Virus record (IMG/VR): IMGVR_UViG_3300016474_000413
Location: 1 to 37,594 of that record
Origin: a virus
Taxonomy: Duplodnaviria; Caudoviricetes
Strand: one strand, 5' to 3'
Length of the DNA: 37,594 bases
The translations under genes and the position numbers were made by a program. The stretch's first letter is position 1; the number at the start of each line of letters is the position of its first letter. Below, piece after piece: positions 24,056 through 33,359 of the stretch. The notes beneath the pieces are model-generated. The model worked only from the letters and a program-made list of their open reading frames with translations. It was not told where the DNA came from and searched no databases.

Positions 24056-24957
24056 AGACGGCACTCGTCACCGGGCACCAGGGGTTCGTCGGTCGTCACA
24101 TGGTGCGCGCGCTGGAGACCGACGGCTACACCGTCACCGGCCTGGACATCCTCGACCGGCCGAACCCGCACGACTGCCGCGACTACTTCCGCACGTTCGA
24201 CCATCGGTTCGACCTGGTCGTGCACTGCGCCGCCGTCGTGGGTGGCCGCACGCTGATCGACGGCGAGCCACTGCGCCTCGCGGCCGAGGACCTGTCGATC
24301 GACGCCGAGATGTTCCGCTGGGCGCTGCGCACCCGGCCAGGCCGCATCGTCTACTTCTCGTCGAGCGCGGCGTACCCGGTCGAGCTGCAGCAACCCGGCC
24401 TGCGCCACCCGCTGCGAGAGACCGACATCGGTGGGTGGCACATCGGCATGCCCGATGCGACGTACGGGTGGGTGAAGCTGACCGGCGAGCGCCTGGCCGA
24501 GGAGGCCAACGCCGAGGGCATCCGCACCCACGTGTTCCGCCCGTTCAGCGGCTACGGCGCCGACCAGGCGCTCGACTACCCGTTCCCGGCGATCGTGCAG
24601 CGTGCCGTCGAGCACAGTGCCGGGCCGTTCCGTGTCTGGGGCAGCGCCAACTCGACGCGCGACTGGGTGCACATCGACGACGTGGTGGGCTGCGTCATGG
24701 CGCACATCGACGCCGACGTGGTCGGTCCGGTGAACATCTGCACCGGCGTGGCGACCACGTTCCGCGACCTGGCTCGTCGGGCGCTGGCACGGGCTGGTCG
24801 GCACGACGTGGAGATCGTCGGCGACACCGCTAAGCCGATGGGCGTGATGCACCGCGTCGGCCACCCCGGTCAGATGCTCGAGGTGTACCAGCCCCGCATC
24901 GACATCGCCGACGGCATCGATCGCGCCGTGGCGGCACTGATGGGGGGGGCGGCATGA
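24052..24957 (+). CDS. NAD-dependent nucleotide-sugar epimerase/dehydratase, extended SDR (301 aa)
   Basis: LVTGHQGFVG, HCAA, FSSSAAY, YGWVK (YxxxK), RPFSGYG, RDWVHIDD. Confidence 0.93.
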   Translation: MKTALVTGHQGFVGRHMVRALETDGYTVTGLDILDRPNPHDCRDYFRTFDHRFDLVVHCAAVVGGRTLIDGEPLRLAAEDLSIDAEMFRWALRTRPGRIVYFSSSAAYPVELQQPGLRHPLRETDIGGWHIGMPDATYGWVKLTGERLAEEANAEGIRTHVFRPFSGYGADQALDYPFPAIVQRAVEHSAGPFRVWGSANSTRDWVHIDDVVGCVMAHIDADVVGPVNICTGVATTFRDLARRALARAGRHDVEIVGDTAKPMGVMHRVGHPGQMLEVYQPRIDIADGIDRAVAALMGGAA

Positions 24958-25235
24958 GCAAGATGAACACACCCGAGGGCCGGATGGGCGTCGAGGCGTA
25001 CACGCCCCAGGAGCTGCACCGTTTCCTCGTGGCCGACGCCGTGAACCGCCACGCGACGCACCTGCCGTGGGCCGTGGCGGCGTACGACCGCATCGGCAAG
25101 AAAACGGGCAAGGGCGCTGAGGCCGCGTTCCAGGCGGTGCTCGACGAGGTCGAGGCGCTGACCGGCCTGCGCGCCATGCCGGTTGCGCGGACCAGCGCCA
25201 CCGAGCTCGAGCGACTCAAGGAACGTCCGACATGA
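24954..25235 (+). CDS. Hypothetical protein (93 aa)
   Basis: ATGA-coupled ORF. Confidence 0.7.
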   Translation: MSKMNTPEGRMGVEAYTPQELHRFLVADAVNRHATHLPWAVAAYDRIGKKTGKGAEAAFQAVLDEVEALTGLRAMPVARTSATELERLKERPT

Positions 25236-25489
25236 CGTGGGCGATCGTGCTCACGGTCGTGCTGGCTGTGCTCGTGGCGGTCGGGCTCGCCGTATCGCTT
25301 GCCGAGCTGCGCCGTGCCGAGCAGCAGATGTCGGGCGACTGGTGCAGGGTGTGCATGTGTGATCTGCCACGCGGCAAGGTGTACGAGCTGCGCACCGGCC
25401 ACGAGGCCGCTGACGACGGCATGGGCGGCACGTACCTGTCGCAGACGTTCTGCCGCAAGCACGCGCCCGCGGGCGCCATCCAGCACTGA
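25232..25489 (+). CDS. Membrane-anchored zinc-binding protein (85 aa)
   Basis: N-terminal TM helix; CRVC...CRKH. Confidence 0.65.
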   Translation: MTWAIVLTVVLAVLVAVGLAVSLAELRRAEQQMSGDWCRVCMCDLPRGKVYELRTGHEAADDGMGGTYLSQTFCRKHAPAGAIQH

Positions 25490-25516
25490 TTCGGCACGTC
25501 GGCGTACCCTGCGAGG

Positions 25517-25621
25517 GTGTCGAGGGCCGACGTGTTGCGCAGAGCGTGGACCGAGTACCACGCAGGGCGAATCACCTTCGCCGAGCTGGTGCGCATCCTC
25601 GCCGACTGGCGTCCCCGGTAG
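25517..25621 (+). CDS. Possible small protein (34 aa)
   Basis: VSRADVLRRAWTEYHAGRITFAELVRILADWRPR; -10-like TACCCT 6 nt upstream. Confidence 0.4.
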   Translation: MSRADVLRRAWTEYHAGRITFAELVRILADWRPR

Positions 25622-25624
25622 CGG

Positions 25625-25645
25625 TCAACACCCCGCGGCCACGCT
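25625..25645 (+). promoter_or_regulatory. Late-promoter motif upstream of major capsid
   Basis: TCAACAC-N8-CACGCT, followed by a leader with AAGGAGA SD. Confidence 0.65.
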
Positions 25646-25719
25646 GATCCTCGACCGCCGGCGCTGGGCCGATTGCTCCAGGCAGGTGGGAACCACAGTT
25701 CTCACAAGGAGAGACCCCC

Positions 25720-26985
25720 ATGCCCGCACTTCCCGTGCTGACCAAGGACTCAACCCTGGCCGATGTCCGCACCGCCCAGGTCGATGCCGCCCGCACCCTG
25801 ATCGAGCTGCGCTCGATCGCTCCCGACAAGCGTGGTGACAGCCACGACGCCGACCTGCGTCAGGTCGCCGACTTCATCAACCAGAACGACCTGCTCGAGA
25901 AGGCTCTCGCCGCCGGCGAGCGCGCGGAGCGCCAGGCCGACGAGGACAAGCGCAACAAGGGTCAGGGTGGTCGCGGCCAGCGCGGCGACGCCGACCCGAT
26001 GTTCGAGGGTCGCTCGATGGGCCGCCAGGTCACCGAAGGCGAGTCCTACGAGGAGTGGGCACGCGGCGGCCGCCGTGGCGGCGCCCACATCGCCGAGGTC
26101 CGCAACTTGATCGGCGGCTTCACGGCCGGCGCCTACGACTCCGGCTCCGACGGCTGGCTGCCCGTGGGTTCGCCGCAGCTGCACACCGGCTCGATCCAGC
26201 GCCGCCGCATCTACCTGCGCGACATCATGAGCGTGCAGGGGACCGGCCTCAAGGTGGTGCCGTACGTCCGCGAGGCGAACCAGGTCACCAACGAGACCGG
26301 CGCAGCGATGACGTCGGAAGGCTCGGCCAAGGCCGAGGTGACCGCGACGTTCGAGAACTACTCGGCGATCATCGAGAAGATCACCGCGTGGATCCCGGCG
26401 ACCGACGAGATCCTCACCGACGCCCCGACCCTGCGCGGGTACATCGACACCCGCCTCGCGTACATGCTCGACATCCGCGAGGAGTCGCAGGTGCTCACCG
26501 GCAACGGCACGAGCCCGAACCTGCCCGGCCTCGACAACGTCTCGGGCATCCAGACGCAGTCGGCCGTGGCCGGCGACCTGCCCGCCACCGTCGGCCAGGC
26601 CATCGGCAAGGTCGAGAACGTGGACGGCACCGCCACCGGCGTCGTGCTCAACCCGCTCGACTACTGGGTGGCCACCACCAAGCGGTACACGAGCCAGTTC
26701 GACAACGGCTTCGGCGGCGGCGGCGCTCCCGGCGTGGCCGACGGCAACATCACGTGGGGCCTGCCCTGCGTGCGCACCCGTGGCGTGTCCTCGGGCACCG
26801 GCTACGTGGCCGACTGGCAGATGGGTGCGACCATCTTCGACCGCCAGGAGACCACGATCAAGGTCGGCGACCAGCACTCGGACTACTTCATCCGCAACCT
26901 GCTGGTGATCCTGGCCGAGAAGCGCGTCGGCGTCGCCTGGCACCGCCCGAACCTGTTCGTGAAGGCCACCGTCCCCACGAGCTGA
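25720..26985 (+). CDS. Major capsid protein, HK97 fold with N-terminal delta-like domain (421 aa)
   Basis: TSEGSAKAE, KITAWIPATDEILTDAP, VLTGNG, VVLNPLDY, FIRNLLVILAEKRVG...RP..FV; ends in PTS. Confidence 0.96.
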   Translation: MPALPVLTKDSTLADVRTAQVDAARTLIELRSIAPDKRGDSHDADLRQVADFINQNDLLEKALAAGERAERQADEDKRNKGQGGRGQRGDADPMFEGRSMGRQVTEGESYEEWARGGRRGGAHIAEVRNLIGGFTAGAYDSGSDGWLPVGSPQLHTGSIQRRRIYLRDIMSVQGTGLKVVPYVREANQVTNETGAAMTSEGSAKAEVTATFENYSAIIEKITAWIPATDEILTDAPTLRGYIDTRLAYMLDIREESQVLTGNGTSPNLPGLDNVSGIQTQSAVAGDLPATVGQAIGKVENVDGTATGVVLNPLDYWVATTKRYTSQFDNGFGGGGAPGVADGNITWGLPCVRTRGVSSGTGYVADWQMGATIFDRQETTIKVGDQHSDYFIRNLLVILAEKRVGVAWHRPNLFVKATVPTS

Positions 26986-27015
26986 CCCCGGTCCACTTCG
27001 TTACCAACGAGGGGC

Positions 27016-27055
27016 ACGGCCCGCACTGCTTCGGCGGTGCGGGCCGTTGCGTTCT
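27016..27055 (+). terminator. Terminator after capsid gene
   Basis: 14-bp stem ACGGCCCGCACTGC / GCGGTGCGGGCCGT with a TTCG loop and weak T tail. Confidence 0.8.
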
Positions 27056-27065
27056 ACCTGGTCAC

Positions 27066-27086
27066 TCAACACCGCCCGTGCACGAT
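27066..27086 (+). promoter_or_regulatory. Late-promoter motif after the capsid terminator
   Basis: TCAACAC-N8-CACGAT-N6-GTG. Confidence 0.65.
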
Positions 27087-27092
27087 GCGCCT

Positions 27093-27299
27093 GTGTCCAC
27101 CACGAGTACGCACCCGCATCTTGCTGTCACGAGCGGTGCGTGCGTGCTCTGTGGTGGGCCGTGCCGAGAGCCGCGAACGCAGGCCCCGGTGCATTCGAAC
27201 TACCCGTTCATGCATCCCGACGACATCGAGCTGACGCAGCCGATGCACGGCCCGGAGCAGACGACGAACACCACCCGCCGGCGCACCTGGAAGGGCTGA
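27093..27299 (+). CDS. Small hypothetical protein (68 aa)
   Basis: GTG 6 nt after the -10 element; CVLCGGPC; stops 3 nt before the adaptor gene. Confidence 0.5.
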   Translation: MSTTSTHPHLAVTSGACVLCGGPCREPRTQAPVHSNYPFMHPDDIELTQPMHGPEQTTNTTRRRTWKG

Positions 27300-27302
27300 C
27301 CG

Positions 27303-27860
27303 ATGAGCCTCGTCACCGAAGACCGCTACCGTGCCATCACCGGCGATCAGGCGTCCGACAGCGTCTCGGTCACGGCCGCCATCGAGAGCGCCGAGGACCT
27401 GCTCGCCGACGAGCTCGGCCGCGAGCTCGCATCGGCCGAGCGCACCGAGACGCTGTGGCCGACCCGCGACGGCTACGTGTGGCCGTCCTGCGTTCCGATC
27501 ACGGTGGCCACCGGCTACGAGATCGACGGCGACGGTCTCACCGGCGTGCTCGGGCCGGGCTGGCCCGACTCCACCGGTTCGGTCGAGGTCACCTACACGG
27601 GCGGGTGGGTCGAGCGCACGGCGAACCCGACCGCCGCCCACCGCCTGCCGTCCTACATCGAACGAGACCTCGCCTTCGCGGCCCAGTCGCTGCTCGATCC
27701 GTCGCCGTCGGCGTACCCGGTCGGGGCGACGTCCGTGCGCCTCGGCGATGCGGCGGTGACCTTCGGGTCCGATGGTGCGCCGCGCCGTGGCGGCGACGTG
27801 CACTGGTCCCGAGCAACCCTGCGCCACCGCTACCGCACGACGAGGGGGACCGGGTGCTGA
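27303..27860 (+). CDS. Head-to-tail adaptor (185 aa)
   Basis: Position after capsid; VEVTYTGGW and L.RYR-like C-terminus. Confidence 0.75.
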   Translation: MSLVTEDRYRAITGDQASDSVSVTAAIESAEDLLADELGRELASAERTETLWPTRDGYVWPSCVPITVATGYEIDGDGLTGVLGPGWPDSTGSVEVTYTGGWVERTANPTAAHRLPSYIERDLAFAAQSLLDPSPSAYPVGATSVRLGDAAVTFGSDGAPRRGGDVHWSRATLRHRYRTTRGTGC

Positions 27861-28183
27861 TCGCCACCACGACCCTGGTCGTCACCCGCCCCGTCGCCAC
27901 AGGTGACCCGTACGAGGCTGCCTACTGGTCCGACATCGCGGACAACATCCCGGCGCACATCTCGACGCCGCCCGGCACCGCCGACACGACCGGCGGCGAC
28001 AAGGAGGTGCTCACGGCCGCCGCATACGTGCCGGTCGGCACCGACATCGAGCGGTCGGACCTCGTCATCGACGACGGCACCGGACTGACCTACGAAGTGC
28101 TCAGCGTGAGCCCCCGCCGCGGCCTCGGCATGGATCACCTGCACCTGCTGCTACGACTCGTGAAGGGTGGCGCGAATGGCTGA
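27854..28183 (+). CDS. Head-to-tail stopper (109 aa)
   Basis: Synteny; VPVGTDIERSD.V...G.TYEV..V pattern. Confidence 0.7.
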   Translation: MLIATTTLVVTRPVATGDPYEAAYWSDIADNIPAHISTPPGTADTTGGDKEVLTAAAYVPVGTDIERSDLVIDDGTGLTYEVLSVSPRRGLGMDHLHLLLRLVKGGANG

Positions 28184-28547
28184 CCGGATCGTGTTCGACG
28201 AGGCCGCACTGCAACGGCTGTTCGCCTCACCCGACGGCCCGACGGGCAAGATGCTCGCCAAGCGCGCTGTGCGAGTGGTGGCGCACGCGAAGAAGAACAT
28301 GAGCGCCGGCGGTGGCCGCACCTACGCCCGCGGCCGCACCTCGCACACCGCTTCGGCGCCGGGCCAACCGCCCGCCGTCGACACCGGCCGCCTGCGTGCG
28401 TCGATCGACTCCGACCTCGGTGCGGACTCTCGCGGCCTGGTGGCGCGCATCGGCACGAACGTGGCCTACGCCCGACACCTCGAGCTCGGCACCGTGCGCA
28501 TGGCGGCCCGTCCGTTCCTGCGTCCCGCGCTCAAGGCGGCGAAGTGA
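28176..28547 (+). CDS. HK97 gp10-like tail completion protein (123 aa)
   Basis: PAVDTGRLRASI, YARHLELGT.RMAARPFLRPA. Confidence 0.88.
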   Translation: MADRIVFDEAALQRLFASPDGPTGKMLAKRAVRVVAHAKKNMSAGGGRTYARGRTSHTASAPGQPPAVDTGRLRASIDSDLGADSRGLVARIGTNVAYARHLELGTVRMAARPFLRPALKAAK

Positions 28548-28978
28548 GCGACACCCTGCCCGACATCGAGGGCGCGCTGCGCACCTGGCTGCGCGCGCAG
28601 TCGCCCATCACGGCCCTCGTCGGGCAACGAGTGTTCTTCGGGGTGCCCAAGGGTGCGACCGAGGTGACGTTCCCGCTCATCACCGTGCAGCTCGTCGATG
28701 CCAGCGACGACGCCAGTGAGGCCCCACTGACGCAGGCGCTCGTGCAGTTCGACGTGTGGGGTTCGATCGACGAGTCGGGCAACGGCAAGAAGGCCGAGAC
28801 CACGGTCGTCGTCAACACCCTGCGGTCAGTGTTGCGCACTGTGAGAGGACGCACCGCCCTGACCGCCAGTGTCGCCGCCTTCGGCATCGACGCCGTCGGC
28901 ATCGGATGGTCGCCCGATCCCGACAACGACCGCCCTCGCTACGTCGTGACCGCAGAGGTCACGGCAGTAAGTACCTGA
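28544..28978 (+). CDS. Tail terminator (144 aa)
   Basis: Synteny; RVFF..P, FPLITV, VQFDVWG. Confidence 0.78.
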   Translation: MSDTLPDIEGALRTWLRAQSPITALVGQRVFFGVPKGATEVTFPLITVQLVDASDDASEAPLTQALVQFDVWGSIDESGNGKKAETTVVVNTLRSVLRTVRGRTALTASVAAFGIDAVGIGWSPDPDNDRPRYVVTAEVTAVST

Positions 28979-28991
28979 AGAAAGGGACACC

Positions 28992-29552
28992 ATGGCAGCA
29001 GGAGGCACCCCCGGCAATGTGGATCTCGGCCCCGGCCGGCTCTACTACGCACCACTCGGCACCGCCGAACCCACGAGCTGCTCGGCCGCTCTCCCCTCGG
29101 CGTGGATCGCCGTCGGGTACACCGAGGACGGCACGAGCGTCGACACCGAGATCACCAGCGAGGCCATCGAGGTGGCCGAAGAGCTGGACCCGATCGGCTT
29201 CGAGCAGACGCGGCGCATGACCAAGCTCAGCCTGGCCATGGCCGAGTCGACCAAGAAGCGCCTCGCCCTGGCGCTCGGCGCAGGCGCGGCCGAGGTCGAC
29301 AACGCAGCGAGCTTCGAGTTCCCCGACGCCGGTTCGGTCGTCGGCGTGATGTTCGTGTGGGACTCCGAGGAGACTCCCTCGGCCACGAACCGCCGCTGGG
29401 TGTTCCGCAAGTGCACCCCGTCGGGCACCATCTCGATCGCCCGCAAGAAGGCACCGGCGAAGGCGCTGATCCCCGTCACCTTCGACTGCGCGAAGCCGTC
29501 GTCGGCGACCAAGTCGATCATCGTGTTCCCGAACAGCTCCGGCCAGATCTGA
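28992..29552 (+). CDS. Major tail tube protein (186 aa)
   Basis: GPGRLYYAPLGT, W..VGYTEDG; GAAAGGGA SD; precedes the chaperones. Confidence 0.88.
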   Translation: MAAGGTPGNVDLGPGRLYYAPLGTAEPTSCSAALPSAWIAVGYTEDGTSVDTEITSEAIEVAEELDPIGFEQTRRMTKLSLAMAESTKKRLALALGAGAAEVDNAASFEFPDAGSVVGVMFVWDSEETPSATNRRWVFRKCTPSGTISIARKKAPAKALIPVTFDCAKPSSATKSIIVFPNSSGQI

Positions 29553-29553
29553 C

Positions 29554-29970
29554 ATGGCGCACCGCACGTTCGGTGCGGTGCGGCTGTCGCCGGAGCGAGA
29601 GCCGATCACGTTCGACTTCGGGCTCTACGGCGAGGAACAATTCACCGTGGTGCCCGAGCCGACGCTCGGCGATTGCTTCGACCTCTACGACGCACCGGAG
29701 CCGACTCCGACCACCGAGCTCGAAGCTGCGCGGGCGTGCGCCAGGTTCATCGAGCGGATGCTGCGGCCAGAGGACCGGCCGCGCTTCCGTCTCGCCCTGC
29801 ACCGCATTCCGTCAACCGAGGCGCACGTCATCATCGAGTGCGCCGAGTTCATCGCTCAGGCGGTGTCGGGTTTCCCTACTTCGCCGCCCGATGCCTCGTC
29901 ATCTGGGCGGCCGAGCACTGGCAAGCACTCCAAGTCGAAGCCGGCTACTCGACGCCCATCGAGGACGTGA
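29554..29970 (+). CDS. Tail assembly chaperone G (138 aa)
   Basis: Between tail tube and tape measure; contains an in-frame slippery site. Confidence 0.8.
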   Translation: MAHRTFGAVRLSPEREPITFDFGLYGEEQFTVVPEPTLGDCFDLYDAPEPTPTTELEAARACARFIERMLRPEDRPRFRLALHRIPSTEAHVIIECAEFIAQAVSGFPTSPPDASSSGRPSTGKHSKSKPATRRPSRT

Positions 29971-30134
29971 GGGCCGCCATGGGCTTCGCCATGATCTATG
30001 AGCGGATGCACCGCCACCGCGACGACGACGAGCGCCTCAAGATCGACGCCATGCTGCGCATGCCGGGCGCCGAGGCGCGCTACGCCGCGGCGCGCCGCGA
30101 GGCGGTCGGCGCGTTCGACGTGGAGGTGGGCTGA
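29554..30134 (+). CDS. Tail assembly chaperone G-T, -1 frameshift product
   Basis: G GGT TTC at 29868-29874 shifts into the -1 frame ORF ending at 30134, 3 nt before the tape measure ATG. Confidence 0.8.
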
Positions 30135-30137
30135 GCC

Positions 30138-32501
30138 ATGAAGATCGCTGAGGCGTTCGTCGAGCTGCGAGTCGACGGCAAGAAGGCAGAGCAGGAGACC
30201 AAGTCGCAGGGCCGCAAGCTCGGCGAGACCTTCGCCCAGGTGTTCGGCGCGGCTGCGTTCGGCCTCGGCCTGAAGAAGGCGATCGACGCTGGCTCACGGC
30301 TCGAGCAGTCGGTCGGCGCCATCGAGGCCGTGTTCGGCGGAGCGACGAAGGCGATCGACGCATGGGCGAAGGCGTCGGCCAAGAGCATGGGGCTCAGCGA
30401 GGCGGCGTCGCGCGAAGCGCTGTCGCTCATCGGTGCGCAGCTGAAGAACTTCGGGTTCTCGGTCGACCAGGCGGCCGACAAGGGCATGGAGCTCGTCGAG
30501 TTGGGGGCCGACCTCGCGGCCACCTTCGGAGGTACCACCACCGAGGCGGTGCAGGCGCTCACGGCCGCCCTGCGCGGCGAGATGGACCCGATCGAGCGCT
30601 ACGGCGTCTCGCTCAACGAGGCGCGCCTCAAGGCCAAGGCGTTCGAGCTGGGGCTCTACGACGGCAAGGGCGCGCTCGACGCCAACGCCAAGGCGCAGGC
30701 GTCGCTCGCACTCATCACCGATCAGACGGCCGCAGCGTCGGGCCAGTTCGCTCGCGAGCTCGACACGGTGGCCGGCAAGCAGGCCGTCGCCACCGCCGAG
30801 AGCGAGAACGCCGCCGCATCACTGGGGCAGGCACTGGCGCCGATCTATGAGCGTCTCGTCGACACCGTCACGTTCCTGGCCGAGGGGTTCGCCGCACTGC
30901 CCGCCCCGCTGCAGTATTTCACCGTCGGTCTACTCGGCTTCGTGGCCCTCGCCGGGCCGATCGGCAAGGTGAGCGAGATGTTCGGCAAGGTCGCCGACTC
31001 GGTGCGCAATATGTCGACCTCTGGGCAGCTCGCCCTCGGCGCGTTCGGTGCGGCGCTCGGGATCATCTCGCTCGTCACGATGGCATATTCCAGTCAGGCC
31101 AGGGAAAAGGCCCGGCTGCGCGCCGTCACCGACGGCTATGTGCAGGCGCTCGAAGCCGAGCGGAACGGCCAGCGCGACGCAGCACTGCAGCAGGTGGCCG
31201 CGGCGCTGGCGAACGATCGGCTCAATGTGGCCGCGAACAAGATGTTCCTGACCACCCAGGATCTCGCCGACTTCGTGATGGGCAAGTCGGTGCCCGCGCT
31301 CGACGTCCTGCGCGACACCTACAAGGTGGGCACCGGCGAGATCGAGGACAATGTCGTGCCGGCGTTGATGTACCTCAAGGAGACGTACGGCCTCAACCAG
31401 GAGGAGGCGACGGCGTTGGTCGGCATCCTCAATGAGCAGGCCACCCAGTTCGGCATCGCGGCCGAGGAGGTCGCACGCGAGGACGAAGCCCTGCGCGCGC
31501 TTGGCGTAGCGACGGACCAGGTGGCCGACAAGACCGAGGCGGCGGCCGCGGCGAACGCCGGCCTGAAGAAGTCCGTCGAGGGCACCTTCAAGGCGTTCGA
31601 GGATGCCGCCGACGCCGCCGACGCCCTGCGCACCGCCATCGACGCCGTGTTCGCCCCGACCGACAACTTCGCCCAGGCGCAGGAGGACCTGCAGGCCGCG
31701 ATCGACAACGTGGCCCAGTCGTTCAAGGACAACGGCAAGACGCTCGACATCAACACCGACAAGGGCCGAGCGAACCGCCAGGCGATCCGCGAGCAGGCCG
31801 ACGCCATCAAGGCCACCGGTGTGGCGCTCGTCGGCCTCGGCTACTCGAACCAGGCCGCCGGGGCGAACATGCGGCAGATGACCGACCAGCTGCGCGACCA
31901 GCTGGTGAACCTCGACCTCACCGAGGAAGCAGCGAACGCGTACATCACCGAGCTCGGCCTGACGCCCGAGAACATCGAGACCTCGATCACCCTGGCGCGC
32001 GAGGCCGAAGCGAAGGCGAAGCTCGGCGAGATGATCGACCAGCTCGGCGACATCGACGAGGGCGCGGCGGCCGAGATCGAGGCGCTGATCGACGAGGGCA
32101 AGTACGGCGAGGCCGAGCAGCGCCTCAAGGACATCGCCCGCACGCGCGGCGTGAAGCTCAACGTCTCGCTCGCAGGTGGCGGCCAGGTGTCGATCTCGGG
32201 CGTGACCGGCGGGCAGATGTACCGGGTCGTGGCTTCCGCCGAGGGCAACGTGTTCGACCGGCCGACGATGTCGCTGTTCGGCGAGGCGGGCGCCGAGGCC
32301 ATTCTGCCGCTCGAGCGGCCGCGAGCGCTGTCCCGCATCCTGTCCGACCCGCGCGTCGCCGGGCCCGTCGCTGCGGCGATGGGCGGGGAGAGCGTCAGTG
32401 GCGGCGGCGTGCAGATCGGCACCGTGAACGTGGGCAGCCGCTCCGATTACGACGCACTCGCCGACCGCCTCGACCGCCTCGCATGGAGGATCGCAACGTG
32501 A
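30138..32501 (+). CDS. Tape measure protein (787 aa)
   Basis: Long Ala-rich helical protein; ALRGEMDPIERYGV, central hydrophobic stretch, C-terminal GEAGAEAILPL. Confidence 0.95.
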   Translation: MKIAEAFVELRVDGKKAEQETKSQGRKLGETFAQVFGAAAFGLGLKKAIDAGSRLEQSVGAIEAVFGGATKAIDAWAKASAKSMGLSEAASREALSLIGAQLKNFGFSVDQAADKGMELVELGADLAATFGGTTTEAVQALTAALRGEMDPIERYGVSLNEARLKAKAFELGLYDGKGALDANAKAQASLALITDQTAAASGQFARELDTVAGKQAVATAESENAAASLGQALAPIYERLVDTVTFLAEGFAALPAPLQYFTVGLLGFVALAGPIGKVSEMFGKVADSVRNMSTSGQLALGAFGAALGIISLVTMAYSSQAREKARLRAVTDGYVQALEAERNGQRDAALQQVAAALANDRLNVAANKMFLTTQDLADFVMGKSVPALDVLRDTYKVGTGEIEDNVVPALMYLKETYGLNQEEATALVGILNEQATQFGIAAEEVAREDEALRALGVATDQVADKTEAAAAANAGLKKSVEGTFKAFEDAADAADALRTAIDAVFAPTDNFAQAQEDLQAAIDNVAQSFKDNGKTLDINTDKGRANRQAIREQADAIKATGVALVGLGYSNQAAGANMRQMTDQLRDQLVNLDLTEEAANAYITELGLTPENIETSITLAREAEAKAKLGEMIDQLGDIDEGAAAEIEALIDEGKYGEAEQRLKDIARTRGVKLNVSLAGGGQVSISGVTGGQMYRVVASAEGNVFDRPTMSLFGEAGAEAILPLERPRALSRILSDPRVAGPVAAAMGGESVSGGGVQIGTVNVGSRSDYDALADRLDRLAWRIAT

Positions 32502-33343
32502 TCGACGCCACCGCCACCATCAGGGGTCTCACCATCGGGGCCGGCACCGACTACCGCTGGCGAGAGTGGCCGCGAGGGCTGCTCGGCACGCCGCGCATCC
32601 GCTCGGCCGACATCGAGCGCGCCCAGGCGCACGGCATGATCGCCGGCCGCGACTGGATGGGATCACGCGCGGTCGTGTTCGACATCACCGTGCTCGGTTC
32701 CGGCCAGGCTGATGGTGAGACGAAGCTGAACGAGCTGCTCGAAGCGTTCGCCCCATCCGAAACCGACATCGCCCTCGACGTGCGGATCTCGGGCAACCCG
32801 GCCGAGTACCGCATGTACGGCCGACCGCGCGGCGTCGACGACAACCTCGGGCGCATGACGCTGACGGGCAAGATGCGGGCCCGTTGCGAGTTCGTGGCCA
32901 CCGACCCGCTGCGCTACTCGACGACCGAGCAGTCGACGTCGACCGGCCTGGCCACCTCGTCGGGCGGTCTCACGTTCGCTGCATCGGCGCCGTTCGTGTT
33001 CGGCACCGGCGGCTCAGGGTCGACGATGTCGTGCCCGAACGACGGCACGTTCGCAGCGCCCTGGGTGGCGACGTTCACCGGCCCACTCGTCGCGCCGACG
33101 CTGACGCAGGTCGGCACCGGCAAGGCGCTGATCCTCTCGGGCGCGAGCCTGGCGGCGGGCGAGACGCTCGTCGTCGACTCGAAGCGGCACACGGTGCTGC
33201 TCAACGGCACTGCGTCACGGTACTCGTGGCTCGCGGCCGCCTCGCAGTGGTTCGACCTGCTGCCCGGCGCCAACTCCATCAATCTCACCGGGGCGTCAGG
33301 TTCCGGCACCGTCTCGATCGCTTGGCGCTCAGCCTGGGTCTAG
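32498..33343 (+). CDS. Distal tail protein, Dit-like (281 aa)
   Basis: Follows tape measure; FVATDP.RY, NDGT...P, WF.L.PG.N.I, WRSAW motifs. Confidence 0.85.
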   Translation: MIDATATIRGLTIGAGTDYRWREWPRGLLGTPRIRSADIERAQAHGMIAGRDWMGSRAVVFDITVLGSGQADGETKLNELLEAFAPSETDIALDVRISGNPAEYRMYGRPRGVDDNLGRMTLTGKMRARCEFVATDPLRYSTTEQSTSTGLATSSGGLTFAASAPFVFGTGGSGSTMSCPNDGTFAAPWVATFTGPLVAPTLTQVGTGKALILSGASLAAGETLVVDSKRHTVLLNGTASRYSWLAAASQWFDLLPGANSINLTGASGSGTVSIAWRSAWV

Positions 33344-33359
33344 GAAAGGAACACTCGCC

